From assembly GCA_030390025.1 (NCBI GenBank), contig CM059431.1, forward strand, positions 150,042,001-150,106,000: a DNA stretch of 64,000 nucleotides, given 5' to 3'. Numbering within the stretch: position 1 is the first letter of the stretch; every line of letters begins with the position of its first letter. Below the pieces are notes generated by a model. It saw only the letters and a program-made list of their open reading frames with translations, was not told where the DNA came from and searched no databases. Shown here piece after piece: positions 23,460 through 36,848 of the stretch. This stretch comes from Squalus acanthias (Eukaryota). The translations under genes were made by a program, and so were the position numbers.

Positions 23460-26400
23460 CAAGGATGTCTCATAGCGGCTACAGAGCATTTTCGAAGGGG
23501 AGTCAGAACGGGATGAGGTCCTAAAAGCAGGGAGTTAGGAGGTAAATTAAAAAATAGGTCCTCAAAAGTAGTAATCTCAGGATTGCTACCAGTGCCACGT
23601 GCGAGTCAGAGTAGAAATAGAAGGATATTTCAAATGAATACGTGGCTAGAGGAATGGTGCAAAGGGGAGGGATTCAAATTCCTGGGTAATTAGAACCGGT
23701 TCAGGGGGAGGTGGGACCAGTACAAACCAGACGGTCTACATCTGGGCAGGGCCGGGACCGATGTCCTAGGGGGAGTGTATGCTCGTGCTCTGGGGGAGGG
23801 TTTCAACTAAAATGGCAGGGGGTTGGGTACCTGAGCAGGGAGTCAGAGGAAAGTGAAACAATGATAATAGCAAAAGATAGGAATGAGAAAAAACAAAAGT
23901 GGCAGTCAGAGAAAGCAACGATTTAAATCAAAAGTGGCAACAGTAAATACTAATTCTAATAGGTCTAAGAGCGTTAAAAAAACAAGCCTGAAGGCTTTTT
24001 GTCTTAATGCAAGGAGCATTCGGAACAAGGTGGATGAATTAGCTGCGCAAATAGAGGTACACGAATATGATTTGATTCGGATTACCGAAACATGACTCCA
24101 GGGAGCCAAGGCTGTGAACTCAACATCCAGGGGTACTCAACATGCAGGAAAGATAGGCAAACAGGAAAGGGAGGTGGGGTAACATTGCTTGTTAAAGAGA
24201 GGATTAACACAATTGGAAGGAAGGATATTAGCTCTGATGATGTGGAATCTGTATGGGTTGAACTGAGAATTAACAAGGGGCAGAAAACGTTTGTGGGAGT
24301 GATATATAGACCTCCAAACAGTAATGCGGAGGTTGGGGATGGCATTAAAACGGAAATTAGGGAAGCCTGGAATAAGGGCACAGCAGTCATCATGGGTGAC
24401 TTTAATATACATACAGATTGGGCTAACCAAATTAGTAACAATACTATGGAGGAGGAATTCCTGAAGTGTTTACGGGATGGTTTCCTGGACCAATATGTCG
24501 AGGAACCAACCAGAGATCAGGCTATCTTAGGCTGGGTAATATGCAATGAGAAAGGATTAATTAGCAATCTTGTTCTGCGAGGCCTCCTGGGTCGGAGCGA
24601 TCATAATATGATAGAATTCTTCATTTGGATGTAGAGTGAAGTAGTTGACTCATAGACTAGGGTCCTGAATTTAACTAAAGGAAACTACGATGTCATGAGG
24701 TGCGAGTTGGGCAGGATTGATTGAGTAATGTCACTCAAAGTGTTGACGGTTAATATGCAATGACAAACATTGAAAGACCGCATGGACGAACTGTAGAATT
24801 TGTTCATCCAAATTTGGCATAAGGTTAAAACAAAAAGGGTGACTCAACCGTGGCTAACAAGGGAAATTAGGCATAGCATAAGATCCAAGGAGAGGACATA
24901 TAAATTGGCCAGAAAAAGCAGTAACCCTGAGGATTGGGAGTAGTTTAAGATACAACAAATGAGGACAAAGGGATTAATTAAGAAGGGGAAAATAGATTAT
25001 GAGAGTAAGCTTTCAGGGAACATAAAAACTGAGTTTAAAAGCTTTTACAGATATGTGAAGAGAAAAAGATTAGTGAAATCAAGCGTAGGTACTTGCAGTC
25101 AGAATCAGGGAACCTATAATGGGGGAAGAAGAAATGTCAGACCAATTAAATACATATTTTAATTCTGTCTTCACATTGGAGGACTGAAATAACCTCCCAG
25201 AGATATTGGGGAACAGAGGGTCTGATGAAAGGGAGGAACTGAAATAAATCAATATTTGTAGGGAAATGGTGTTAGGGAAATTGAAGGGATTGAAGGCCGA
25301 TAAATCCCCAGGGCCTGATAATCTACATCCTAGGGTACTTAAGGAAGTGGCCCTAGAAATAGTATATGCATTGCTGATCATCTTCCAACATTCGATGGGA
25401 TCTGGAACAGTACTCATGGATTGGAGGGTAGCTAATATTACCGCAATATTCAAAAAGCGTGGTCGAGAGAAAACGGGGAATTACAGACCGGTAAGCCTGA
25501 CATCGGTAGTGGGAAAGACGCTTGAGTCCATTATAAAAAATGTAATAGCTGAGCACTTGGAAAACAGTGACAGGATCGGTCAAAGTCAACATGGATTTAC
25601 AAAAGGTAAATCATGCTTGACGAATCAATTGGAATTTTTTGAGGATGTAACTGGAAAAATAGATAAGCGAAAACCAGTGGATGTGGTGTATTTCGACTTC
25701 CAAAAGGCTTTTGATAAAGTCCCGCATAAGAGATTAGCGTGTAAAGTTAAGGCACATGGGATTGTGGGCAAGGTATTGCCTTGGATAGAGAACTGTTTGG
25801 CAGACAGAAAGCACAGAATTGGAATAACCGGGTCTTTATCCGAGTGACAGGCAGTGACGAGCGGGGTAATGCAGGGATCGGTCCTTGGACCACAGCTATT
25901 CACAATATATATTAATGATCGAGACAAGGGAGCTCGATGTAATATCTCCAAGTTTGCTGACGACACAAAACTGGGTGGGCGTGTGTGCTGTGAGCAGGAT
26001 GCTGAGAAACTCCAGGATGATTTGGAAAGGTTGGGTGATTGGGCAGAAGCGTGGCAGATGCATTATAACGTTGATAAATGCGAGGTTATCCACTTTGGTG
26101 TCTAAAACAGAAAGGCAGATTATTATCTAAATGTCAATAGATTGGTTGAAGGGGAGGTGCAACGAGACCTGGGTGCCGTTGTGCACCAGTCGCTGAAGCT
26201 AAGCATGCAGGTGCAGCAGGCGTTTAAGAAGGCCAATGTTTTTTTGGCCTTCATAGCGAGAGGGTTTGAGTGCATGAACAAGGATGTCTTGCTGCAGTTG
26301 TACAGGGCCTTGGTGGGACCACACCTTGAGTAGTGTGCGCAGTTTTGGTCGCCTTTTCTGAGGAAGGATGTTCTTGCCATGGAAGGAGTGAAGCGAAGAT

Positions 26401-26893
26401 TCACAAGGCTGATACCTGGGATGGCAGGAATGACGTATGAAGAGAGATTGGGTCGATTGGGCTTATACTCGCTGGAGTTTCGAAGAATGAGAAGGGATCT
26501 CATTGAAACTTATAAAATTCTGACAGGACAGGCCAAACTAGATGCAGGAAGGATGTTCCCGATGGTCGAGGAGTCCAGAACCAGGTGTCACAGTCTAAGG
26601 CTAAGGGGTAAGCCATTTAGGACAGAAATGAGGAGGAATTTCTTCACCCAGAGAGAGGTAAAACTGTGGAATTCTCTGCCACAGAAGGCAGTAGAGGCCA
26701 ATTCATTAAATAGATTCAAGAAGGAGTTAGATATATTTCTTAAGGCTAAAGGGATCAAGGGATATCGGGAGAAAGCAGGGACAGGGTACGGAATTTGGAT
26801 GATCAGCCATATTCGCATTGAATGCTGGAGCAGGCTAGAGTGGCCGAATGGCCTACTCCTGCTCCTATATTCTATGATTCTATGATTCTATGA
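23460..26893 (+). mobile_element. CR1 LINE from the ORF1 C-terminus to the 3' tail, degenerate, intronic and antisense to the GPCR
   Basis: CLNARSI, MGDFN, SDHN, QHGF, DFQKAFD, QGSVLGP, FADD and (ctatgatt)n tail. Confidence 0.95.
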
Positions 26894-27954
26894 TCTACAT
26901 TTAGCTCAGCAGACAAAAGCACCGCCCGAGGTACCAGGGACACAAAGGACCAGAAGCTCTCAGGAAGCCTCCGTGTCCCGGGATCAGTCAGCATTTGGAG
27001 CGGAGCAATTTGGTTCAGTGCCCTTTATGTTAGAGAGGGGGAAATACTGCGTGTATTCCTGCTTCTGGTTAGATATCCATTAGATTGAGGACTGAAAATG
27101 AATGCAACGGCGAAGTACAGAAACTGTAAACTTGGCGTGCATTAATTACAGCCAACTGAATTTAAAATTTGCGTTTGTAATAGGAAAATATTGATAAAAT
27201 AAATACAAGTGCCCTGCAGTTATAAAGATAACTGGGATGTAAGAAGTGATTTGAAGATTGAGCTTTCTACAGTTTTGTTGAAATACTCAATTTGTGGCTC
27301 ATTGAAAGGAAGATTTTCCAAATAACATTGCAAAGAATGGACTCTGAATTAAAATAAATAGTTAAAATTGATCAGGTAATATCCCACTAAATGCATTTAT
27401 TCGCATCATAATCACGCGACTTATTCAACAGGCAACGAGCCGTCGAATGGTTTTGTAAAGTATCTGAACTCAAATGGAAGAGATTTATCCTTGTACTTTT
27501 TCGCCTGTTGTTTTCCAACTTGTGCAGAGAATATTAGTCGAGAAAATATTAAAGGATTTTCTTATCCTCAGTGCTTCAGTTACAATCAGCTGGGATTGTT
27601 TATCCTGCAGTACAGCAGGAGGCGATATAGAATCACTCTGGGTCTCACTGAGAGATCCACTGAACTGTAACATGTGTGCATGGGATCCAATTGTAAATTC
27701 AAACCAAAGATTGGAAATAAATGCATTGAAATATGTCTGAGTGAACGTTTTTTGAGAATGTAAATTATCCTAGTAATCCTTTTCTAACCTTCAGAAGCAG
27801 TGCCACTAATGCAGAGCTGGAGATGGTGGGAAAGAACTCACTGACTGGAACTGAATGATTCGCCAATATTTCAGACATTTAAAGATGTGGGTGTGATCTG
27901 CCAGGATTTGTTCCTGTGACTCTGTGTCAGTAACCATGCCGTGCATTAGATGAA

Positions 27955-28085
27955 AACAAAAGCAAATTACTGTGGATGCTGGAAATCTGAAATAAGAACA
28001 GAAAATGTTTTCAATACTCAGCAGGTCAGGCAGCATCTGTGGAGAGAGAGTGAGTTAACGTTTCAGGTCGATGATCTTTCGTCTT
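27955..28085 (-). mobile_element. Penelope 3'-end fragment
   Basis: Reverse complement of ~30135-30230, including the GACC-TGAAACGTT hammerhead-like motif. Confidence 0.7.
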
Positions 28086-28294
28086 TAGGTGAAAATCTCC
28101 TCAACCAAGACAATATTCTTCTGATCTGTTACTCATGTTCAGTGTAGACAGCAGAACGGAATTCGTTGAGCAAAGAGTCTCGTCCAATATATTTTCTTAA
28201 GTTGAATATAGAACAATTGAATCTTATTAGCGCTGTATCACCTTCAGAATCAATAGCCGACAGCAGTGCCGATGGAATCAGGAATGGCATGGAG

Positions 28295-28585
28295 AGAAAT
28301 ACAGTTAAACATGATTTGTAGAATTAATAGCTGAATACAGAGATTTACCAGGAACACCAGCAGTAGCGAGGGTGTGTGGGGGCAGTAAATGACAAGAAAA
28401 GTAACACAGTTAAACATGATTTATATAATTAATAGCTGGATACAGAGATTTACCAGGAACACCAGCAGTAGCGAGGGGGTGTGGGGGCAGTAAATGACAA
28501 GACAGTAATACAGTTAAACATGATTTATAGAATTAACCGCTGGATACATATACTTACCAGGAACACCAACAGCAGTGACGAAGTA
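28295..28585 (-). repeat. ~105-bp tandem triplication of the GPCR exon-1 3' end and splice donor
   Basis: GGTGTTCCTG|GTAA with donor G at 28348, 28453 and 28557; the same junction as the intact exon 1 at 60022/60021. Confidence 0.8.
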
Positions 28586-28709
28586 TCAGTCTTTTTAAAC
28601 GACTCTTGCATTAACAAAGATGCAACAACATGAAACACAGAATACCATTAATAACAGAGTATTTTACGGTAAATTGCAAGAATAATATTAGAGTGTAACA
28701 TGGTTTCTC

Positions 28710-29360
28710 TACTTAGGCAGTCCCTCGGAACCGAGGATGACTTGCTTCCGCACTAAAAATGAGTTCACAGATGACTGATGAGTCCAATGCGGACCTACAG
28801 TCTCTGTCACAAGTAGGGCAGACGGTGTTTGACGGGGCGGGTGGTTGGGGTGCTTGGGTTGACGAGCGCTCCTTGTGCTGCTTTCGCTTGGCTTCCGCTT
28901 CCGCCCGGCGAAGAGACGCGAGCTGTTCGGCGCCTTCCCGGATGCTTCTCCTGCACTTTGTGCGGTCTTGGGTCAGGCATTCCCAGAAGTCTGGTGAGGA
29001 TGTTGCACATTTTCAAGGAGGCTTTGAGGTTATCCTTGAAGCGTATCCTGTGCCCACCTGGGGCTCTACTGCCGTGTCGGAGCTCCGAGTAGAGCGCTTG
29101 CTTTGGCAGTCTAGTATCGAGCATGAGGGCGATGTGAACCTTCCTTCGCAGCTGATCGAGCATGGACCAAGCTTCGATGCTGGGGATGATGGCCTGAGCG
29201 AGAAAACTGATTTTGGTGCGCCTATCCTGCCAATGGATTTGCAGGATCTTGCGGAGGCAGCATTGGTGGTAGCTCTCCAGTGCTTTCAGGTGCCTGCTGT
29301 ACATCGTGCACGTCTCTGAAGCATGCAGGAGGGCGGGTATCACTACAGGTCTGTAGACTG
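28710..29360 (-). mobile_element. RTE-clade LINE 3' fragment
   Basis: LRKILQIHWQDRRT and RLPKQALYSELRHGSRAPGG..RFKDNLKASLK. Confidence 0.85.
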
Positions 29361-29397
29361 TGGTTTAGAGAATTAATAATTGTTAATAAATAATTAC

Positions 29398-30277
29398 TAT
29401 GAACATTAACAACAGCGAGAAGGGGATAGTAAATCTTTGGTAATCCTCTCCTTCCCTTTCAGTATTCCGAAGGATCCGCTCCCTCCACAATATACTGGTC
29501 CACTCCTTAATCACCATCAACAGCCCCTACCATCCCCACGGAACCTCGCCGTGCAACCGCAGGAGATGCAACACCGTACGTTTTAACTTCTCCCTTTCCA
29601 ATGTCCAGGGCCCCAAACACTCCTTCCAGGTGAAACAGCAATTTATTTGTACTTCTTGCAATTTAGTATACTGTATTCGCTGCTGACGATGCGGTCTCCT
29701 CTACATTGGGGAGACCAAATGCAGATTGGGTGATCGGTTTGCGGAACACTTCCGTTCATTCCGTAAGCGTATCGCTGAGCTTCCGGTTTCCTGTCACTTT
29801 AAACTCTGCTCCCCTCCCATTCTGACATTTCCGGCCTCTGCTTCTTATACTGTTCCAATGAAGCTCAATTTAAACTCGAGGACAGCACTTCAGCTTTCTA
29901 TTAGGCACTTTACAGCCTACTGGACTCAACAGTGCGTACTGCAATTAGAGACCATAACCTCGACGCCTTTTTTTCAGACGGCAGCTTTTGATGATTCTCC
30001 CATCCCCATTTGAAACATTTAACCACTGCTGCCTTCCACCCTATCACAGTCAATCCCTTTTGTTCTTTCCTCTCCTACCCCCTTTCCCTGTCCCTGCACC
30101 TGCTTAAAATCTGTTGCAGCACGAAACCTTTTCAGTTCTGATTAAGGGTCATAGACCTGAAACGTTTACTCTTTCTCTCTCCACGGATGCTGCCTGACCT
30201 ACTGAGTGTTTTTCACATTTTATGTTGTTATTCCAAAGTATTGTAGTTAACTGCCACTGTTCAAGAATACTTTCCAT
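29398..30277 (-). pseudogene. Proximal GPCR first exon, split by a Penelope insertion
   Basis: MESILEQWQLTTILWN (30277-30230) and PKIYYPLLAVVNVH|gtaat (~29440-29398). Upstream 30360-30460 is homologous to 60310-60410. Confidence 0.65.
29444..30229 (+). mobile_element. Penelope-like element 3' part with GIY-YIG endonuclease
   Basis: CTSCNLVYCIRC*RCGLLYIGETKCRLGDRFAEH; degenerate hammerhead at 30138-30166. Confidence 0.88.
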
Positions 30278-30569
30278 GGAGCTCCACGAACCCATGACAT
30301 CCCTTCTGTGACAGGCTGGTAGTCTTTGTGCTGGAGGGAACGCGCTGATTGTGTTAGGTCACACAGTGAATGGAACTCCTTATTCAGAGCAGAGGGAAAT
30401 CCCCTACTGACATCATTAGGGCTCACTGCAACTGGCATTAATTACAGTCATTCAACAACAGAATCATGGAGCCATTATCATCCCAACACTTCACTGCAAC
30501 AAAATTTAGCTCACATTATTGGACACAGCTTTAAATTAAAAGTGAGCGTATGCACAACATTTCACCCTC

Positions 30570-30750
30570 CCTCAGTGCAGGAATTTAATTCCCAGGGCAG
30601 CCGAGATTACACTGCTCCCGCCTCAGTTCAGGAATTTCATTTCCAGGGCTCCCTAGATAACACTGCTCCCGACTCAGTCCAGGAATTTCATTCCCAAGGC
30701 TGCCAAGGTTACATGTTCCCGCCATCGTCCAGCAAGATGATTCCCAGGGC
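30570..30750. repeat. ~50-bp tandem repeat, about 3.5 copies
   Basis: ctcagtNcaggaatttcattcccaggg recurs at ~30572, 30622 and 30673. Confidence 0.75.
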
Positions 30751-30989
30751 ATTCTATTTGCCTGAATCTAGAATAAGAACAACAAGGTGCTTCTGATGAT
30801 TGAGATCAACCTGCCAATCTTATAATGGTGACTTACAGAGGGGGAGAAAATTATAAAGCCAGCAAATGGTTAACACAACGGAATCAAAGGAAAACGCTTA
30901 AAATATTAACCAATGAGATAAATACCCTGTTATCGTCTCAATACTCCATGAAACGCTCCGGAAACATTGAATTATCGGACAATCATAGT

Positions 30990-31620
30990 GACAGAACCAA
31001 TACTATCAGTCAACATTCCCGATTCTTCCATTACCATCCCAGTGTATATCCTGTTCCAACGGCTGGACAGACTCACCAGAGGCGGTGGCACAGGGATATA
31101 CAGTCGACTGGGAGAGATCCTGCGAACCCTCAACATTGCCTAAGGATATAATGAAGTCTCATGGCTTCCAGTCAGATATGAGAAAGGTCACTTCCTGATG
31201 ATTACCGCCTACCGCCATCATTCTGCTGATGAATCAGCACATCTTCATGCTGGACACCATTTGATGGGAGCACCGAGAGCAGAAAGGTCACAACATATAA
31301 CGCTCTGGGTGGTGAGTGGGAGACTTCAATGTCCATCATCAAGAGTGACTCGGAAGCACCATCATTAACCGAGCCCTGAAGAACAAAGCTGCCAGAATGG
31401 GATTGTGACAGGTGATGGGAGAACCAACACGGGAAAATATCCTGCATGACCTCGTCCTCACCAATCTAGATATCGCATAAAACTCTGTCCATGACGATAT
31501 TAGTAGGACTGACCACTGCACAGAATAAGTCTCGCCTTCACACTGAGGACAACATCCACCGTATCATGTGCCACTACCATCGTGCTCAGTGGGATGAAAT
31601 TAGACAGATTCAAGCGATTC
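30990..31620 (+). mobile_element. Degenerate endonuclease region of the second LINE family
   Basis: Remnants of YRLP, GDFNVHH, PTRENILxDLVLTN and TDHC. Confidence 0.6.
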
Positions 31621-31759
31621 CACAACCATCATATCAGATTATTTCAAAGCTGTCATTTCCTTTCGTGAATGGTCTTGAACAATTAAGCTGTTTCCCCATA
31701 GTCCAGAAATTTCTCCTTTTAAAATATATATCGAATTACCTTTTGAATATTTCTATTAA

Positions 31760-32735
31760 GAAAGAAAGACTTGCATTTATAGAGCGCCTTTAACGACCAA
31801 AGAGAGCATCATAAAGACGGCCCCTCCGACAGGACAGTACTCCCTCAGTACTGCCTCTACAACAGTAGAGCACTCCCTCAGTACTTTCACTCTGACAGTG
31901 CAACACTCAGCCAATACTGTCCCTCGACAATACAGTGCTCCCTGCAGTTCCAACAGTGCAGCACTCGCTCAGTACTGCCCTTCCGACAGTGCAGCGCTCC
32001 CTCAGTTCTGACCCTACAACAGTGCAGCGCTCCCTCAGTACTGCCTCTCCAACAGTGCAGCGCTCCGTCAGTACTGACCATTCAACAGTGCAGCGCTCCC
32101 TCAGTACTGTCCCTTAAACAGTTCAGCGCTCCCTCCGTACTGACCCTTCAACAGTGCAGCGCTCCTTCAATACTGCCCCTCCGACAGTGCAGCGCTGCCG
32201 CAGTACTGCCCCTCCGACAGTGCAGCGCTCCCTCAGTACTGCACATTTGACAGTTTAGCTCTTCCTCAGTACAGCCCCTCAGACAGTGCAGCGCTCCCTC
32301 AGTACTGACCCTCCGACAGTGCAGTGATCCCTCGGTACTGCCCCTCCGACAGTGCAGCGCTCCCTCAGTACTGCACATTTGACAGTGTAGCTCTTCCTCA
32401 GTACTGCCGCTCAGACAGTGCAGCGCTCCCTCAGTATTGCCCATCGCGAATACAGAGCTCCCTCAGTAATGACCATCCGACAGTGCAGGGCTCCCTTAGC
32501 ACTGCCACTCCGGCAGTGCATCGGTCCCTCAGTACAGCATTGCGACTGTGCAGCTCTGCCTCTGTACTGCCCCTCCGACAGTGCATCGCCCCCTCAGTAC
32601 TGCCCCTCTGACAGTGCAGCGCTCCCTATCTACTGCACTGGAGTGTAATCCTCGATTATTGTAATCACGTCGCTGGAGTAGGAATTGAACACACAACCTT
32701 CTGACTCAGAGGCGAGTTTGCTAGCAACTGAGCCG
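31760..32735 (-). mobile_element. Deu-domain tRNA SINE with an internal 33-bp unit expanded to about 25 copies
   Basis: tRNA-like head at 32735-32660 (GGCTCAGTTG...GTTCAATTCC), array ctccctcagtactgcccctccgacagtgcagcg, and tail TAAATGCAAGTCTTTC as in 58050-58420. Confidence 0.8.
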
Positions 32736-32859
32736 ATTGAATCTGCTTCCACCAGCCTTTCAGAGAGTTAATTCCAGATCATCTCACTGCGTTATCAAAG
32801 TTCGGCCATTTGGTAATAACAAGTCAGCCAGTGGAAAAATTCCCCCTTACTTCCTCTAT

Positions 32860-35800
32860 CATAAGAACATAAGAAATAGCATCAAGAATACGCCATTTGG
32901 CCACTCTAGCCTGCTCCGCCATTCAATAAGATCATGGCTGAGCTTGGGCTCAAAGACCCTCCCCAGCCCACTCCTCATAACCCTTCACTCCCTTTTCTTG
33001 CAAAAATGTTTCTATATCCACTTTAAATGTATTTAATGACTCAGTCGCCACAGCTCTCTGGAGCAGAAAATTCCACAGATTTACGACCCTCTGAGGGAAG
33101 AAGTTCCTCCTCATCTCAGTTCTAAAAGGGCGACCCTTTATTCTGAGACTGTAGCCCCGAGTTCCAGATTTCCCCACGAGGGGAAACATCCTCTGTGCAC
33201 TTATCCTTTCGAGACCCCTCAGTATCTTATATGTTTCGATGAGATCACCACTCATTTATCTAAATTCCAATTAGTACAGGCCCAGCCTGCTCAACCTTTC
33301 CTCATTAGTCAACCCCCTCATATCTGGAATTAAACTAGAGAATCGTCTCTGAACTGCCTCCAATGCAATTATATCCTTCCTTAAATCAGGAGGCCAAAAC
33401 TGTACGCAGTACTCCAGGTGTGGTCTCAACAATAACTTGTACAGTTGTACCAGGACGTCACTGCTTTCATACTCCAACCCCTTTGCAATAAAGGCCAACA
33501 TTCCATTTGCCTTTTTGATTATTTGCTGTACCTGCATGCTAACCTTTTTTGTTTCATGCACAATGACCCAGAGGTCCCTCTGAAATGTAGCATTTTGTAA
33601 TCTCTATCCATCAAAATAATGGTTTGCTTTTTTATTTTTACTGCCAAAGTCGATAACCTCGCACTTTCCCACATTATACTCCATCTGGCCATTTTTTGCC
33701 CACTCAACTAACCTGTCAATATCCCTTTGCAGATTCTTTGAGTCATCTGCACAACTTTCCCACCCATCTTTGTATCATCCGCAAACTTGGCTACATTCAA
33801 CTCCGTCCCTTCATCCAAGTCGTTTATGTAGATTGTAAATAGTTGAGGCCCCAACACCGATCCCTGTGGCACTCCACTAGTTACCGTTTGCCAACCAGAA
33901 ACTGAGGCATTTATCCAGAATCTCTGTTTTCTGTTAGTTAGCCAATTCTCTATCCATGCCAATATGTTACCGCTAACTCCGTGAGCTCTTAGTTTATGCA
34001 GTAACCTTTTATGAGGCACCTTATAGAATGCCTTTTGGAAATCCAAATGCAACACATCCACTTACTCACCCTTGTCCAACCTGCGTGTTACATCCTCAAA
34101 GAAATCCAGCAAATTTGTTAAACATGATTTCCTTTTCCTAAATTCATGCTGAATCTGTTTGACTACAGTAGGTTTTTCTAAAGCCATGCAACTGCTTCCT
34201 TAATGAAGGACTCCAGCATTTTCCAAACAGCAGATGTTAGGCTAACTGGCCTATAGTTTCCTCTTTCTGTCTCCCTACTTTCTTAAATAGGGGTGTTACA
34301 TTAACCGTTTTCCCTCTATTAATTCCCCAGTCTCATCCTCTAAGAGAACAACGTTTACTTTAGCGACCCTCTTTCTTTTTATATATCTGTCGAAGCTCTT
34401 ACTACCTGTTTTAATGTTTCTTGCCAGCTGAATCTCATAATTCATCTTCTCTCTCTTTATTATTTTTTTAGTCATCCTTTGCTGGTTTTTTAAAAAATTG
34501 CCAATCCTCTGGTCTCCCACCAATCTTGGCAATATTGTACGCCTTCGTTTTCAATTTGATACCATCCTTTACTTTCTTAGTTAGCCACGGATTGTGCACC
34601 TTTCTCTTAAAATCTTTCTTTCTCACTGGAATATATTTTTGTTGAGAGTTAGGAAATATCTCCTTAAATGTCACCGAGTGCATTTCATCTTCCTTACCCT
34701 TTAATTTGTTTTTCCAGTCCCCTTTAGCCAGTTCTGCCCTCATGCCATTTTATTTGCCATTGTTTAAGATCAGTACACTGGTTTGGGATACAACTTTCTC
34801 ACCCTCCAACTAAATTTGAAATTCAACCATACTATGATCACTCTTTCCTAGAGGATGCTTTACTATGAGATCATTTATTAATTTTGTCTCATTACATAGT
34901 ACCAGATCCAAGATAGCCTGCTCCCTGGTTGGTTCCATTACATACTGTTCTAGGAAACATCCCGGATGCACTCTATGAATTCCTCCTCCAGGCTACCATG
35001 GCCAATTTGATTTGTACAATCAATATGGAGATTACAATCACCCATGATTATTACCGTACCTTTTTTATAGGCTGCCATTATTTGTTGATTTATACTCTGT
35101 CCAACAGCATTGCTACTGATCGGGGGCCTGTAGACTACGCCGACCAGAGACTTTTCCCACTTATTATTTTTTCTCTGCACCCAAACCGGTTCTACATCTT
35201 GATCTTCTGAGCCAATATCACTTGTCACCACTGCACTGATCCCAACTTTTAACAAGAAAGCCACCCCACCACCCTTTCCTTTCTTTCTAGCCTTCCGAAT
35301 TGTCATATACCCTGGGATATTCAGTTCCCAGCCCTGGTCGCCTTGCAACCACCTCTCTGTAATGGCGATCAGATCTCACACATTTGTATCTAATTGAGCC
35401 GTCAAGTCATCTATCTTGTTACGAATGCTGCGTGCATTCAGATAAAGAACTTCTAACTTTGTCTTTTTTACCATTTTCCTTGTTTTGGCCTTTTTTTCTT
35501 CCAGAGATTATTACCTTTGTGTTTCTGCTTTTTTAATTTAGCCTCTAGCTGCTCATACTCTGTCAGCAGAACCTCTTTCTTTGGCCTACATATGTCATTG
35601 GTACCTATGTGGATCATGACAACTGGATCTTCCCCTTCTCACTTCAAGTTTCTCTCCAGCTCAGAGGATATGTCCTTAACCCTGGCACCGAGCAGGCAAC
35701 ACAGCCTTCGGGACTCACGCTGTCGGCTGCAGAGAACTATATCTATCCTACTCACTATGCTGTCCCCCATCACTACAACATTTATTTTTGCTCCCTCCAC

Positions 35801-36330
35801 TTGAATGGCTCCCTGTACCACGGTGTTGTGGTCAGTTTGCTCATCCTCCCTGCAGTCCCTGGCCAATTCCACAAAGGGAGCAGGAATATCATAGCTGTTG
35901 GATATGGCCAAGGGCTGAGGCTCCTCCACCACTACTTCCTGGATCCCAATACCTGCCTCGCTTGTAATCACACCCTCTTGTCCCTGACCATGGGCCAAAT
36001 TGGAAGTAATTATTTAGTGGGTGTGACTGCCTCCTGGAGCATAGTGTCCAGGAAACGTTCCCCCTCCCTAATGTGTCGCAGTGTCTGAAGCTCGGACTCC
36101 AGCTCATCAACTCTGAGCCAAAGTTCCTCGAGCAGCCATCATTTGCTGCAGATGTGGTCGCCTTGGACCTCAATGGTGTCCACCAGCTCCCACATGCAAC
36201 AGCAACAACACATTGCCTTTTCTCCAATCTCAATTAATTAATTAGATTTTAGACGCTCAAGTTTGGAAAAAAAGAGAAGTAGAGAAATACTCACCAACCA
36301 ATCACTTACCTGCTTTCTGGTGACGTCAAA
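32860..36330 (-). mobile_element. CR1 LINE with internal deletions (ORF1 and ORF2)
   Basis: ORF1 VMGDSIVSRID; ORF2 [24 protein letters not shown]; tail cataagaa at ~32860. Confidence 0.9.
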
Positions 36331-36364
36331 CTTCGATTACTTTTTACTCACACTCACTTTGTAT

Positions 36365-36848
36365 CTCAGCCTCTCCAGTTGCTCTTGAACTCGCCCGGGT
36401 TTGGCTCTCTCGTTCTGCCCCCGCTGCTCTTGAACTCTCCCGGGTTTTGGCGCTCTCGCTCTGCTCCCGTTGCTCTTGAACTCACCCGGGTTTTGGCGCT
36501 CTGCTCCCGCTGCTTTTGAATTCTTCTTTGTTTTATCGCTCTCGCTCTGCTCCCGCTGCTTTTGAACTCTCCCGTGTTTTATCGCTCTCGCTCTGCTCCC
36601 GCTGCTTTTGAACTCTCCCGGGTTCTATCGCTCTCTCTCTGCTCCCGCTGCTTTGGAACTCTCCCAGGTTTTGGCGCTCTCGCTCTGCTCCCGTTGCTTT
36701 TGAACTCCCCAGGGTTTTGGCGTCTGCTCCCGCTGCTTTTGAACTCTCCCGGGTTTTGGCGCTCTCGCTCTGCTCCCGTTTCTTTTGAACTCCCCCGGGT
36801 TTTATCGCTCTCGCTCTGCTCACGCTACTTTTGAACTCTCCCGGGTTA
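36365..36848. repeat. ~46-bp tandem repeat, about 10 copies, at the 5' end of the CR1
   Basis: gctctcgctctgctcccgctgcttttgaactctcccgggttttatc units. Confidence 0.85.

Noticed and set aside
30570..30750. NF-kB/STAT site cluster upstream of the proximal exon
   Set aside because: GGAATTTCA and TTCAGGAA only partly match the consensus sites and are absent upstream of the distal exon; kept as a plain tandem repeat.
31830..32640. CRISPR-like array or Cys/His zinc-finger ORFs (EGALHC repeats)
   Set aside because: Head-to-tail 33-bp units with no unique spacers; the ORFs are translation artefacts of the minisatellite.
32660..32735. tRNA gene
   Set aside because: Degenerate A/B boxes continuous with a SINE body; no complete cloverleaf.
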